Shown here: piece by piece, positions 1 to 6,829 of the stretch
How the letters are laid out: each line of letters begins with the position of its first letter
Numbering within the stretch: the first letter of the stretch is position 1
Assembly (NCBI GenBank): GCA_035318965.1
Contig: DATHDR010000090.1
Span: forward strand, 1-30,678
DNA from: Verrucomicrobiia bacterium
Lineage (GTDB): Bacteria > Chloroflexota > Dormibacteria > Dormibacterales > Dormibacteraceae
Direction: 5' to 3'
DNA length: 30,678 bases
The notes under the pieces: model-generated
What the model saw: the letters and a program-made list of their open reading frames with translations, nothing else
What the model was told of the DNA's origin: nothing
Databases searched by the model: none
Made by a program: the position numbers and the translations under genes

Positions 1-434
1 CGGCGTAGGTTGAAGACAGTGTGCCGGCGGGCAAGGTCGAGCATCTCGTCTTCGTCGAAGAGATCTCGCTTCTCACCCAGCTGCTTGCGCAGATGGCAGA
101 GAGCGGAGACCAACTGGTAGCCGATCTCACCTGAGCGCAGAGCAGCCGCCACCTTCGGCAGCGATTCCAGCTGTTCTCCGACACAGAGCCGGTCAGCCGC
201 TGAAGTCACCGACATATCGCAGGTGCGTCCGATCCAGGATGCCGCAGTGATGTTGCCACTGACCAGGTGCTCGCCCGCCTTCTGGGCGTCGCGTGCACTG
301 GCGCAGAACTCGCTCTCGAGCGCGTCAATGCCTGAACGGAGCTCTTTGATGTCGACCTGGCGATCCTCGCGAGCTTGAAACTCGCGGATCGCCGTCATCA
401 GTTTCGAGAGGGGTGTGCCCCCTTCCCCCAACAT
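1..434 (-). CDS. DUF222-domain protein (13E12-repeat/HNH-endonuclease-associated family), N-terminal part; runs off the left edge
   Basis: Not in the ORF track. Hand translation from ATG 434 is open to the edge: MLGEGGTPLSKLMTAIREFQAREDRQVDIKELRSGIDALESEF...TAASWIGRTCDMSVTSAADRLCVGEQLESLPKVAAALRSGEIGY. The W-x4-C...A...V...L..LP....AL..G.I pattern resembles DUF222 N-termini. The HNH domain, if present, lies outside the window. Confidence 0.75.
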   Translation of the reverse strand, partial: MLGEGGTPLSKLMTAIREFQAREDRQVDIKELRSGIDALESEFCASARDAQKAGEHLVSGNITAASWIGRTCDMSVTSAADRLCVGEQLESLPKVAAALRSGEIGYQLVSALCHLRKQLGEKRDLFDEDEMLDLARRHTVFNLR

Positions 435-440
435 GAGGAA

Positions 441-469
441 AGTTTACCAAACATACGTTCGCGTGTCAA
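441..469 (-). promoter_or_regulatory. Housekeeping-sigma promoter for the DUF222 gene (leaderless)
   Basis: Minus strand TTGACA (469-464), 17 nt spacer, TAAACT (446-441). ATG 434 follows 6 nt later with no SD. AT-rich tract at 471-480 upstream. Confidence 0.85.
448..461. promoter_or_regulatory. LexA/SOS box in the promoter spacer
   Basis: Minus strand CGAAC-GTAT-GTTTG, one mismatch to the Gram-positive consensus CGAAC-N4-GTTCG, lying between -35 and -10. Confidence 0.75.
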
Positions 470-584
470 GGATTAATTTACACAAGCCAGTCCCACCCCA
501 CCGTGACTGTCCCCACCCGAGCCCCGCCCCAATTCCCTTTTCCCAGTCCTTCCGCACCGTCCCTTCAGACCTAGACTGGGCGCT

Positions 585-947
585 GTGATCAGCGGGGCTC
601 ACGTGATCGTGTACAGCAACGATGCCGAGGCGGATCGGAACTTCTTCAACCACATCTGCGGGTTCGAGTCGGTCGACGCCGGCGGCGGTTGGTTGATCTT
701 CCGCCTGCCCCCGGCGGAGGTCGCCTTTCATCCCGCCGACGAATACAGGAACGAGCTCTATCTGATGTGCGACGACCTCGAGGCTACCGTCGTAGGCCTT
801 AAGCGAAAAGGAGTTGTCACCACGGGAGACATTGAAGAGCGCTCGTGGGGGCGGATGGCTCACATCAAGCTTCCGGGTGGCGGGGTCTTGGGAATCTATC
901 AGCCGAAGCACCCTCTTCCGCCGTCGGAGCCGATTACAAAAGACTGA
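585..947 (+). CDS. VOC/glyoxalase-bleomycin resistance family protein
   Basis: 120 aa; H-VIVYSNDAE...FF, WLIF.LPP.E.AFHP, ELYLMCDD, GD.EE.SWGR, LPGGG.LGIYQP match the small VOC fold. TAGACT (572-577) lies 7 nt before the GTG. Confidence 0.85.
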   Translation: MISGAHVIVYSNDAEADRNFFNHICGFESVDAGGGWLIFRLPPAEVAFHPADEYRNELYLMCDDLEATVVGLKRKGVVTTGDIEERSWGRMAHIKLPGGGVLGIYQPKHPLPPSEPITKD

Positions 948-990
948 CCGCGCCGCAATCAACCTCTGACAGCGCCGCCTCATCGTGATG

Positions 991-1012
991 CTCGATCCAC
1001 CGAAGGATCGAG
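991..1012 (+). other. Perfect 8-bp hairpin in the intergenic/5' leader region
   Basis: CTCGATCC-ACCGAA-GGATCGAG, followed by AAATTCAC and the GAGG SD of the next gene. Confidence 0.5.
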
Positions 1013-1034
1013 AAATTCACAAGAGGTGCGTGCG

Positions 1035-1460
1035 ATGAATCCGTTTGCCGCCGTCGCAGTCAAGACCGTCGGAGCGGCCAGTGCCGCCGTTCTGTTGAGC
1101 CTGGGCGTGGTCCAGGCCGCGAGCCCCAGTCCAAGCCCGACCCCGACCACCGATCAACGATCCGACCGCCGCGCAGTAGCCAGGGCGGTGCTCGAGTCCG
1201 AAGCCGCCGTGCTTGGGCTCACGCCCAAAACGCTGCGCGAAGACCTACGGAAAGGTCAGAAGGTGTCTGACCTCGCCAAGGACAAGGGGATGACCAAGGA
1301 GCAGTTCGCAACCAGGCTAGTCGCGAACGTGAAGCCCCGCCTGGCGGCGCTCGTCGACCACAAGGTCATCACGCAGGTGCAGGCGGACAAAGTGATCGAC
1401 CGGATCTCCAACGGTCACATCCCGTTCTGGGATGGCCTCCACCGCACAACCCCCAAGTAA
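1035..1460 (+). CDS. Secreted hypothetical protein
   Basis: GAGG(T) SD at 1023-1027 favours ATG 1035. Signal peptide ends VVQA-A, then an SPSPSPTPTT linker and a helical LGLTPKTLREDLRKGQKVSDLAKDKGMT motif. Confidence 0.7.
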   Translation: MNPFAAVAVKTVGAASAAVLLSLGVVQAASPSPSPTPTTDQRSDRRAVARAVLESEAAVLGLTPKTLREDLRKGQKVSDLAKDKGMTKEQFATRLVANVKPRLAALVDHKVITQVQADKVIDRISNGHIPFWDGLHRTTPK

Positions 1461-1474
1461 TCTCCTCCCCTAGC

Positions 1475-1500
1475 GAGGGCCTGGCGCAAGTCAGGCCCTC
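1475..1500. terminator. Hairpin between convergent genes, likely bidirectional terminator
   Basis: GAGGGCCTGGC-GCAA-GTCAGGCCCTC: 11-bp stem (one G.U) with a GNRA loop, between stops at 1460 (+) and 1506 (-). U-tract is weak. Confidence 0.65.
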
Positions 1501-1505
1501 CAATT

Positions 1506-2564
1506 TCATGGCCGCGTCCGTACCCGCGCGGCCATCGTGATCTGCTTCCACTTCTTCCGCTCCTCGATGCGGATCCGCGCGTCGGTCTTGGCCGCCACCG
1601 CCCGCAGCTCCCTCTGCAGCTTCCGATAGCTTTGAAACCGTCCCGCATCGAGACTTCCAGCAGCCACCGCCTCCTTGATCGCGCACCCCGGCTCCGTCGC
1701 GTGCGCGCAATCACTGAAACGACAGCGCAGCGCCAGCTCCTCGATGTCCTCGAACAACCCACCCAACCCGCCTTCCCCTTCCCAAAGCTGCGCCTCCCGC
1801 AGCCCCGGCGTGTCGATGATCATCCCGCCTTGCGGCAGCTGCACCAGCTGGCGGTGGCTGGTCATGTGCCGCCCCTCGCCCGAGCTGTGGATCGCCCGAG
1901 TGCGCATAAGGTCGGTGCCCACGATCCGGTTGATCAACGTCGACTTGCCGGCTCCTGACGGTCCGAGCAGAACGCCCGTCCGCGCCGGCTGAAGCTCGCG
2001 CAAGATCTCGTCAACGCCATCCCCTGTGACCGCGCTCGTCACCACGACCGGAGTGCCCATCGCGACAGCCTCGAGCGCGGCGCGCAGCTCCTCTACAGAC
2101 TCCGCAACGTCGGCCTTCGTCAGCAACACGACGGGCATTGCGCCGCTCTGCCACGCGATCGTCAGATACCTCTCGATCCGGCGCGCGTTAACGTCCGTCG
2201 CCGCCGCCACGACAAACGCCACATCGATATTCGCGGCGAGCACCTGTTCACGCGTTTCAACTCCGGCGGCATGGCGTGAGAACGCGGTTCGCCGGTCGAC
2301 GACGCCATGGATCACGTCGACCGGCTCGCGCTTGACGACGGCGACCCAGTCACCAACCGCGGGCAAGATCGACCCGTCGTTGCGCACGTGCTTTCCCACC
2401 GACGCCCGGCTCGCACCGGCGCCGTCGTGCACCAGGTATTCCGAGCCGTAGTCGGCGACGACCCGCGCGGGCACGCCCCCATCCAGGGCGAAAGGTTTGA
2501 ACTTTTCGTCGAAATATGAGTCCCAGCCCAGCAAGGCCAGCTGCGGACTGAAGTAAATGGACAA
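1506..2564 (-). CDS. rsgA: Ribosome small subunit-dependent GTPase A (circularly permuted GTPase), LGW N-terminal-extension type
   Basis: OB-fold region (PAVGDWV), AANID, G4 TKAD, G5 TSA, G1 GPSGAGKST, G2 GRHMT, G3 DTPG, Zn finger CRFSDCAHATEPGC. TTG 2564 with GGAGG 8 nt upstream is preferred over the track start at 2612. Confidence 0.92.
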   Translation of the reverse strand: MSIYFSPQLALLGWDSYFDEKFKPFALDGGVPARVVADYGSEYLVHDGAGASRASVGKHVRNDGSILPAVGDWVAVVKREPVDVIHGVVDRRTAFSRHAAGVETREQVLAANIDVAFVVAAATDVNARRIERYLTIAWQSGAMPVVLLTKADVAESVEELRAALEAVAMGTPVVVTSAVTGDGVDEILRELQPARTGVLLGPSGAGKSTLINRIVGTDLMRTRAIHSSGEGRHMTSHRQLVQLPQGGMIIDTPGLREAQLWEGEGGLGGLFEDIEELALRCRFSDCAHATEPGCAIKEAVAAGSLDAGRFQSYRKLQRELRAVAAKTDARIRIEERKKWKQITMAARVRTRP

Positions 2565-2734
2565 CGCGAAATCCTCCGGTGAAGGACGAGCGGGCGGTAT
2601 CGGTCCGCCCAAACCAGGAGGACTGCTTCTTAGAAGCGCGCTCCGGAGGCGGCCGACGGCCGGGAATCGGTCATTGCAAGCTCAGTCATTCGAACGCCAC
2701 CTCCTGTTCTAGATTTCGTGGCCGCAGCCTACCA
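2565..2734 (-). promoter_or_regulatory. rsgA promoter and structured 5' leader (candidate translational attenuator)
   Basis: Extended -10 TG-G-TAGGCT (2734-2726); anti-SD CCTCCTG (2621-2615); hairpin GGGCGG-ACCGATA-CCGCCC (2610-2592); 5' arm CGAAATCT (2718-2711) complementary to GGATTTCG (2574-2567). Confidence 0.6.
2630..2689 (-). CDS. Candidate leader peptide (uORF) MTELAMTDSRPSAASGARF upstream of rsgA
   Basis: ATG 2689 to TAA 2630, with a strong SD AGGAGGT at 2705-2699; lies wholly inside the rsgA 5' region. Confidence 0.6.
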   Translation of the reverse strand: MTELAMTDSRPSAASGARF

Positions 2735-3514
2735 CTACTTGCTCTTAAAGTCCGGCTTGCGCTTTTCTGTGAACGCCTTGATTCCTTCCTCCGCATCTTC
2801 GGACACGAACACGCGCCCGATCGCCTCGCGCTCGATCGCCAACCCGAGGTCCATCGGCCCGCCGTAGCCCTGGGTGATCGCCAGCTTGGCGTGTCCGATT
2901 GCGACCCCGGGACCGGCCGCCAGCTTGGCCGCGTACTCGATCGCGCCTGCGCGGCAGGCGGCCGCGTCAGGAAACAGCCGGTCGACGATCCCGATGTCTT
3001 TCGCCTCAGCCGGCTTCAGCGTGGTGGCGTTCGCGATCAGGTCCAGTCCCTTGGATAGCCCAACCAGTCGCGGCAGCCTCTGCGTGCCGCCCGATCCCGG
3101 AAACAGCCCAAGGTTCACCTCCGGGAGGCCGATCTGGTAACCGCCCTCGGCCGCGAACCGCACGTCGCAGGCAAGTGCGAGCTCCAACCCGCCGCCGAGG
3201 CAGTGTCCAGCTATCGCAGCAATGAAGACGAGAGGCGTGTTCTCCATCTTCCGGAACGCCTCGTGTGCCATGAGAGCGGTCATGAATCGCGACCTCGGGC
3301 TGCCCGCAGCGAAGGCGCCTACATCAGCGCCGGCTGAGAAGAACTTCTCTGAGGCGCTCGCCACGACAACCGCCGACTTGATGCTCAGGTCGATGCGTGC
3401 ATCGTCGATCGCACTGGCGAATTCGCGCAGGAACGCGTAGTCATAGCTGTTGGCCGGCGGCCGGTCGAGGACGATGACTCCGACGCCGCCTTCTTTCTCG
3501 AGCCTCACTGACAT
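2735..3514 (-). CDS. Enoyl-CoA hydratase/isomerase (crotonase) family protein
   Basis: LDRPPANS, FFSAGAD, GGGLELALACD, IGLPEVNLGLFPGSGGTQRL; both catalytic Glu positions are present. ATG 3514 with GGAGG SD. Confidence 0.92.
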   Translation of the reverse strand: MSVRLEKEGGVGVIVLDRPPANSYDYAFLREFASAIDDARIDLSIKSAVVVASASEKFFSAGADVGAFAAGSPRSRFMTALMAHEAFRKMENTPLVFIAAIAGHCLGGGLELALACDVRFAAEGGYQIGLPEVNLGLFPGSGGTQRLPRLVGLSKGLDLIANATTLKPAEAKDIGIVDRLFPDAAACRAGAIEYAAKLAAGPGVAIGHAKLAITQGYGGPMDLGLAIEREAIGRVFVSEDAEEGIKAFTEKRKPDFKSK

Positions 3515-3590
3515 CCCGCAGCCCTCCAAACGCCCAGAAGCCGACGACACCGATAATTGAAGCACTGACATTAAATCCGACCGAAGAGGG

Positions 3591-5036
3591 GTGCCGTATC
3601 AAATGGCAACGATGATCATCGAAGGCGAGAGGACCAGCGCCGCGTCCGGCAAGACGTACGAGGTCCGCAACCCGGCTACCGGCGAAGTCGTCGACCAGGT
3701 GCCCGCCGGCGGGCCGGCCGACGTCGACAAGGCGGCGCAGGCCGCACACAAGACTTTCGCGACCTGGTCGAAGCTTCCCGCCAACCAGCGACGCGAGATC
3801 CTGCACAAGGCTGCGCAGCACATGCTGGGGAAAGTCGAGGAGATCGCGACGATCCTCACCAAGGAGCAGGGCAAGACGATCCTGGAGTCGCGGCTCGAAG
3901 CGCGGCGGTTCGGCGAGAACATCGCGTGGTTCGCCGATCTCGCGGACAAGGTCCACGGCCAGCACGTGAGGCTCCCCGACACGACTACCTACGGCCTTGT
4001 GGTGCGCAAGCCCATCGGCGTGTGCGGCGCGATCGTGCCCTGGAACTTTCCCCTGACCCTCGCCGCCAACAAGGTCGCACCCGCGATCGCCGCCGGCAAC
4101 ACCGTGGTGCTCAAGCCCGCCAGCACGACGCCACTGTCGACGCTCGCCTGCATCGAGGCCTTGATCGAGGGCGGCCTGCCCGAAGGCGTGGTCAACGTCG
4201 TGCTGGGTCAGGCGACCGGCGAGGCCATTGTCGAGCACCCGCTCATCCGGAAGATCGCGCTGACGGGCTCGACGCCCACCGGCAAGCGAGTCATGGCCAA
4301 GGCCGCCGAGCAGCTGAAGAAGGTGACCCTGGAGCTTGGAGGCAGCGACCCGTGCATCGTGCTCGACGACGCCGACCTCGAGGGTGCCGCTCGCGCAATC
4401 TCGGTCGGCCGGTTCTTCAACTGCGGCCAACAGTGCCTGTCCACCAAGCGGCTCTACGTCCAGGAAGGGGCGTACGACGCGCTCATGGAGAAGCTCGTCG
4501 CGCGTGCATCCAAGCTCAAGCCTGGCAACGGTCTCGACAAGGACACCCGCATGGGACCGATGCACACCGAAACCCAGCGGGCGGAGGTCGAGGCGCAGAT
4601 CAAGGACGCGGTCGATCGCGGCGCCAAGGTCCTATACGGCGGCGGCCGTCCAAAGGGCGCCGAGTACGACAAGGGTTGGTTCATCGAGCCGACGATTCTC
4701 GTGGACGTCCCGGACGGCGCTCGTGTGTGGACCGAGGAGGTCTTCGGCCCGGCGCTGCCGGTGCGCAAGATCAAGGACCTCGACGAGGGCATCCGGCTGG
4801 GCAACGACACGCCGTTCGGCCTTGGCTCGTCGATCTGGACCGCGAACATGGCGTCGGCCTATCGCGCCGTCCAGGAGCTGGAGGCAGGCTACACGTGGGT
4901 GAACGCCCTGGTGATCGCCCACGACGAGCTGCCCTTCGGGGGCACCAAGCAGTCTGGCTTCGGGAAGGAGCACGGAGTCGAGGCTTTTCTCCAGTACACC
5001 GAGGAGAAGTCGGTCGTCTATGGCGGTGTCGGGTAG
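3591..5036 (+). CDS. NAD(P)-dependent aldehyde dehydrogenase
   Basis: PWNFP, LKPA, LTGSTPTG, LELGG, catalytic GQQC, EEVFGP, PFGG.KQSGFGKE. Start could be GTG 3591 or ATG 3603. Substrate cannot be assigned. Confidence 0.95.
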   Translation: MPYQMATMIIEGERTSAASGKTYEVRNPATGEVVDQVPAGGPADVDKAAQAAHKTFATWSKLPANQRREILHKAAQHMLGKVEEIATILTKEQGKTILESRLEARRFGENIAWFADLADKVHGQHVRLPDTTTYGLVVRKPIGVCGAIVPWNFPLTLAANKVAPAIAAGNTVVLKPASTTPLSTLACIEALIEGGLPEGVVNVVLGQATGEAIVEHPLIRKIALTGSTPTGKRVMAKAAEQLKKVTLELGGSDPCIVLDDADLEGAARAISVGRFFNCGQQCLSTKRLYVQEGAYDALMEKLVARASKLKPGNGLDKDTRMGPMHTETQRAEVEAQIKDAVDRGAKVLYGGGRPKGAEYDKGWFIEPTILVDVPDGARVWTEEVFGPALPVRKIKDLDEGIRLGNDTPFGLGSSIWTANMASAYRAVQELEAGYTWVNALVIAHDELPFGGTKQSGFGKEHGVEAFLQYTEEKSVVYGGVG

Positions 5037-5062
5037 GTAACCCTGGTCAGTAAGGCGACTCT

Positions 5063-5263
5063 GTGAGGGTTGGCGTCGGCGTCGTCGGTCTCCTCATCCT
5101 GCTGGCGGGGGCGGTCTTCGCCGGGCAGGGGCTCGGCTACATCCCCGGCAGCTTCATGACCGGCGACGTCAAGTGGTTCTGGATCGGCGGCGCGATGGTC
5201 GTGATCGGCCTGGCGCTGGGCGCCGCGGGGTTTATCAGCTGGCCGAGACGGAGCAAGACCTAG
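5063..5263 (+). CDS. Small two-TM membrane protein
   Basis: 66 aa, two hydrophobic helices around a QGLGYIPGSFMTG..W loop, basic C-tail; GC3-rich codons. Confidence 0.7.
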   Translation: MRVGVGVVGLLILLAGAVFAGQGLGYIPGSFMTGDVKWFWIGGAMVVIGLALGAAGFISWPRRSKT

Positions 5264-5655
5264 GCGGTTCGTCCGTTGAGCCGGTCCCATTGCGACTGAC
5301 ACTCGACGCATCGCGTCGCAGCCGGCTGGAACCGGAGCCGCTCCACCGGGATGTGCCGGCTGCAGCCTTCGCAGATGCCGTAGGCGCCTTCCCGCAGCCG
5401 CTCGAGGGCACGCTCGACCTGTTCCCGGTTCTGGTCGAGGAGGTGTACCAGGATGTCGGTTGTCTCGCGATCGGATAGGGCCTGCGCCAGGTCTGTGTCT
5501 TCGGGAATCCCCGTGATCACGCCGCCCGTCACGTCGTTCAATGGCCGGTGGAGCCCTGCTTCCTCACCGCACTGGGCGGCCAGCAGCTCTAGCTGTCGAC
5601 GGTCGGCCTCGAGCCTCTCTTCTGGAGCGTTCTCTGGTCTTCTGCGAATCGCCAT
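5260..5655 (-). CDS. DksA/TraR C4 zinc-finger protein
   Basis: C-x2-C-x17-C-x2-C (CEGC...CVEC), ALERL..G.YG, coiled coil with an acidic tip EDTDLA. ATG 5655 with GGAGGGGG SD. Confidence 0.88.
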   Translation of the reverse strand: MAIRRRPENAPEERLEADRRQLELLAAQCGEEAGLHRPLNDVTGGVITGIPEDTDLAQALSDRETTDILVHLLDQNREQVERALERLREGAYGICEGCSRHIPVERLRFQPAATRCVECQSQWDRLNGRTA

Positions 5656-5763
5656 TGACAATCCCCCCTCCAAACTGACTTTCCGGCCAGGCGACGTTTG
5701 GATTCGTCAGACACAACGCATGCATCAAGGCGCGTACCCGGGTCGCGCACAATTAGTCGCTTG

Positions 5764-6387
5764 ATGCCGCCCCCGCCGCAATCCCCCGTCAAGATTCTTG
5801 CCGTCGTGGTGGCCCTGGTGGCGCTCGCCGGTTGCCAACCGGCTCCGACCTCCCGGCCGGTGCCGAGCGTAGCGCAGATCGGGAGCGAACTCAAGTGTTC
5901 AAGCGGAGACACTGGCCTCACCGACGACCAGGCGGGTTGGGGATTCTGCCATCCGGGTACCTGGAAGTACCTGGAACGGTCGCAGACGAGCCTTAACCCT
6001 CGAGGCCTTGATCTGACCTTCGACATCACTTACGTGCCAAACCCTCCGGTGGCGTGCCCCCAAAGCTCCCCATCGCCTCTCGCTTCTCCGCCTCCGTCTC
6101 CGAGTCCGTGCTCGGGCGATTTCGCTTTCATGATCATCTCGACTTACGAGCGGGGCAACGCGTCAAACCTGTCCGGCTGGCAGCAAACGAACCTGACCAG
6201 TCCGCCGCCGGCGGGCGAGAGCATTTCATGGGGCAACGCGCTGGAGGCAACGAAATTCGCTGATGGGCGTCGAATCGCGCTCACGCCGCACCATGTGGTC
6301 GTTCTTGACCTGCACTCAGGTCAGGGTCGTCTCAACCTCGAAGTAGAGATGTCCAGCCGGCTGAACACCTGGAAATTCACTTACTAG
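5764..6387 (+). CDS. Predicted lipoprotein, unknown function
   Basis: Hydrophobic signal followed by lipobox LAG-C (Cys24); Pro/Ser-rich internal segment. Start is TTG 5761 or ATG 5764, after CACAAT (5748-5753). Confidence 0.72.
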   Translation: MPPPPQSPVKILAVVVALVALAGCQPAPTSRPVPSVAQIGSELKCSSGDTGLTDDQAGWGFCHPGTWKYLERSQTSLNPRGLDLTFDITYVPNPPVACPQSSPSPLASPPPSPSPCSGDFAFMIISTYERGNASNLSGWQQTNLTSPPPAGESISWGNALEATKFADGRRIALTPHHVVVLDLHSGQGRLNLEVEMSSRLNTWKFTY

Positions 6388-6391
6388 AGAT

Positions 6392-6424
6392 CTCCATCTG
6401 GACAGGGCATTCCCTGGGGTGGAG
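6392..6424. terminator. Hairpin between convergent genes
   Basis: Inner CAGGG-CATT-CCCTG and outer CTCCATC/GGTGGAG stems, between stops at 6387 (+) and 6426 (-). Confidence 0.5.
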
Positions 6425-6425
6425 C

Positions 6426-6767
6426 TTAGCTAGGCCTCTTGAACAGGGACTGCATCTTGATCGCCAGTCCCATGTCGCCTTTGATCTTGAGCTTGCCTTG
6501 CATGAAGGCCGCAGTTCCGTCGAGCTGGCCGGTCATGATCTTCACCCAGTCGCCGGCGTCGGCGAGCAGCGTGAGGTTGGCGGGCTCGGGGGGCTCGCCC
6601 TTCCCGGACTCGGCAGTGCCGTCGTGGATCTTCACCCACCACTTGCCGCCGGCATCACCAGACAAGTCGAACTGAATGGTCGCCTTGGTGCTTCCTGCCT
6701 TCTCGGGAACGATGTACTTGGGCAGCGCCTCGACGATCTGATCGGGTGACAGCTGGACTTCAGACAT
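6426..6767 (-). CDS. SCP2 sterol/lipid-binding domain protein
   Basis: ATIQFDLSG..GG.W.V.I.DG, AFMQGKLKIKGDMGLA.K; SD AGGAGGAG. Confidence 0.92.
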   Translation of the reverse strand: MSEVQLSPDQIVEALPKYIVPEKAGSTKATIQFDLSGDAGGKWWVKIHDGTAESGKGEPPEPANLTLLADAGDWVKIMTGQLDGTAAFMQGKLKIKGDMGLAIKMQSLFKRPS

Positions 6768-6829
6768 TCGCTCCTCCTGAGAGATCGGCCGAGGTGACTC
6801 GATTCATGTTAGTCCGCGACAATGCCGGG

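Noticed and set aside
444-983. 179-aa minus-strand ORF
   Set aside because: Antisense shadow of the VOC gene that runs through the promoter region; no recognisable motifs.
2565-2612. Track N-terminal extension of rsgA (MGGPIPPARPSPEDFA)
   Set aside because: Encoded by the structured leader; the GGAGG SD points to TTG 2564.
3441-4565. 374-aa minus-strand ORF
   Set aside because: Antisense to ALDH; long shadow ORFs are expected with high GC3 codon bias.
5734-5758. Possible SigF/SigB-type promoter for dksA (GACT-N15-GGGTAC, minus)
   Set aside because: The -10 matches but the -35 is only 2/4 to GTTT; too weak without TSS data.
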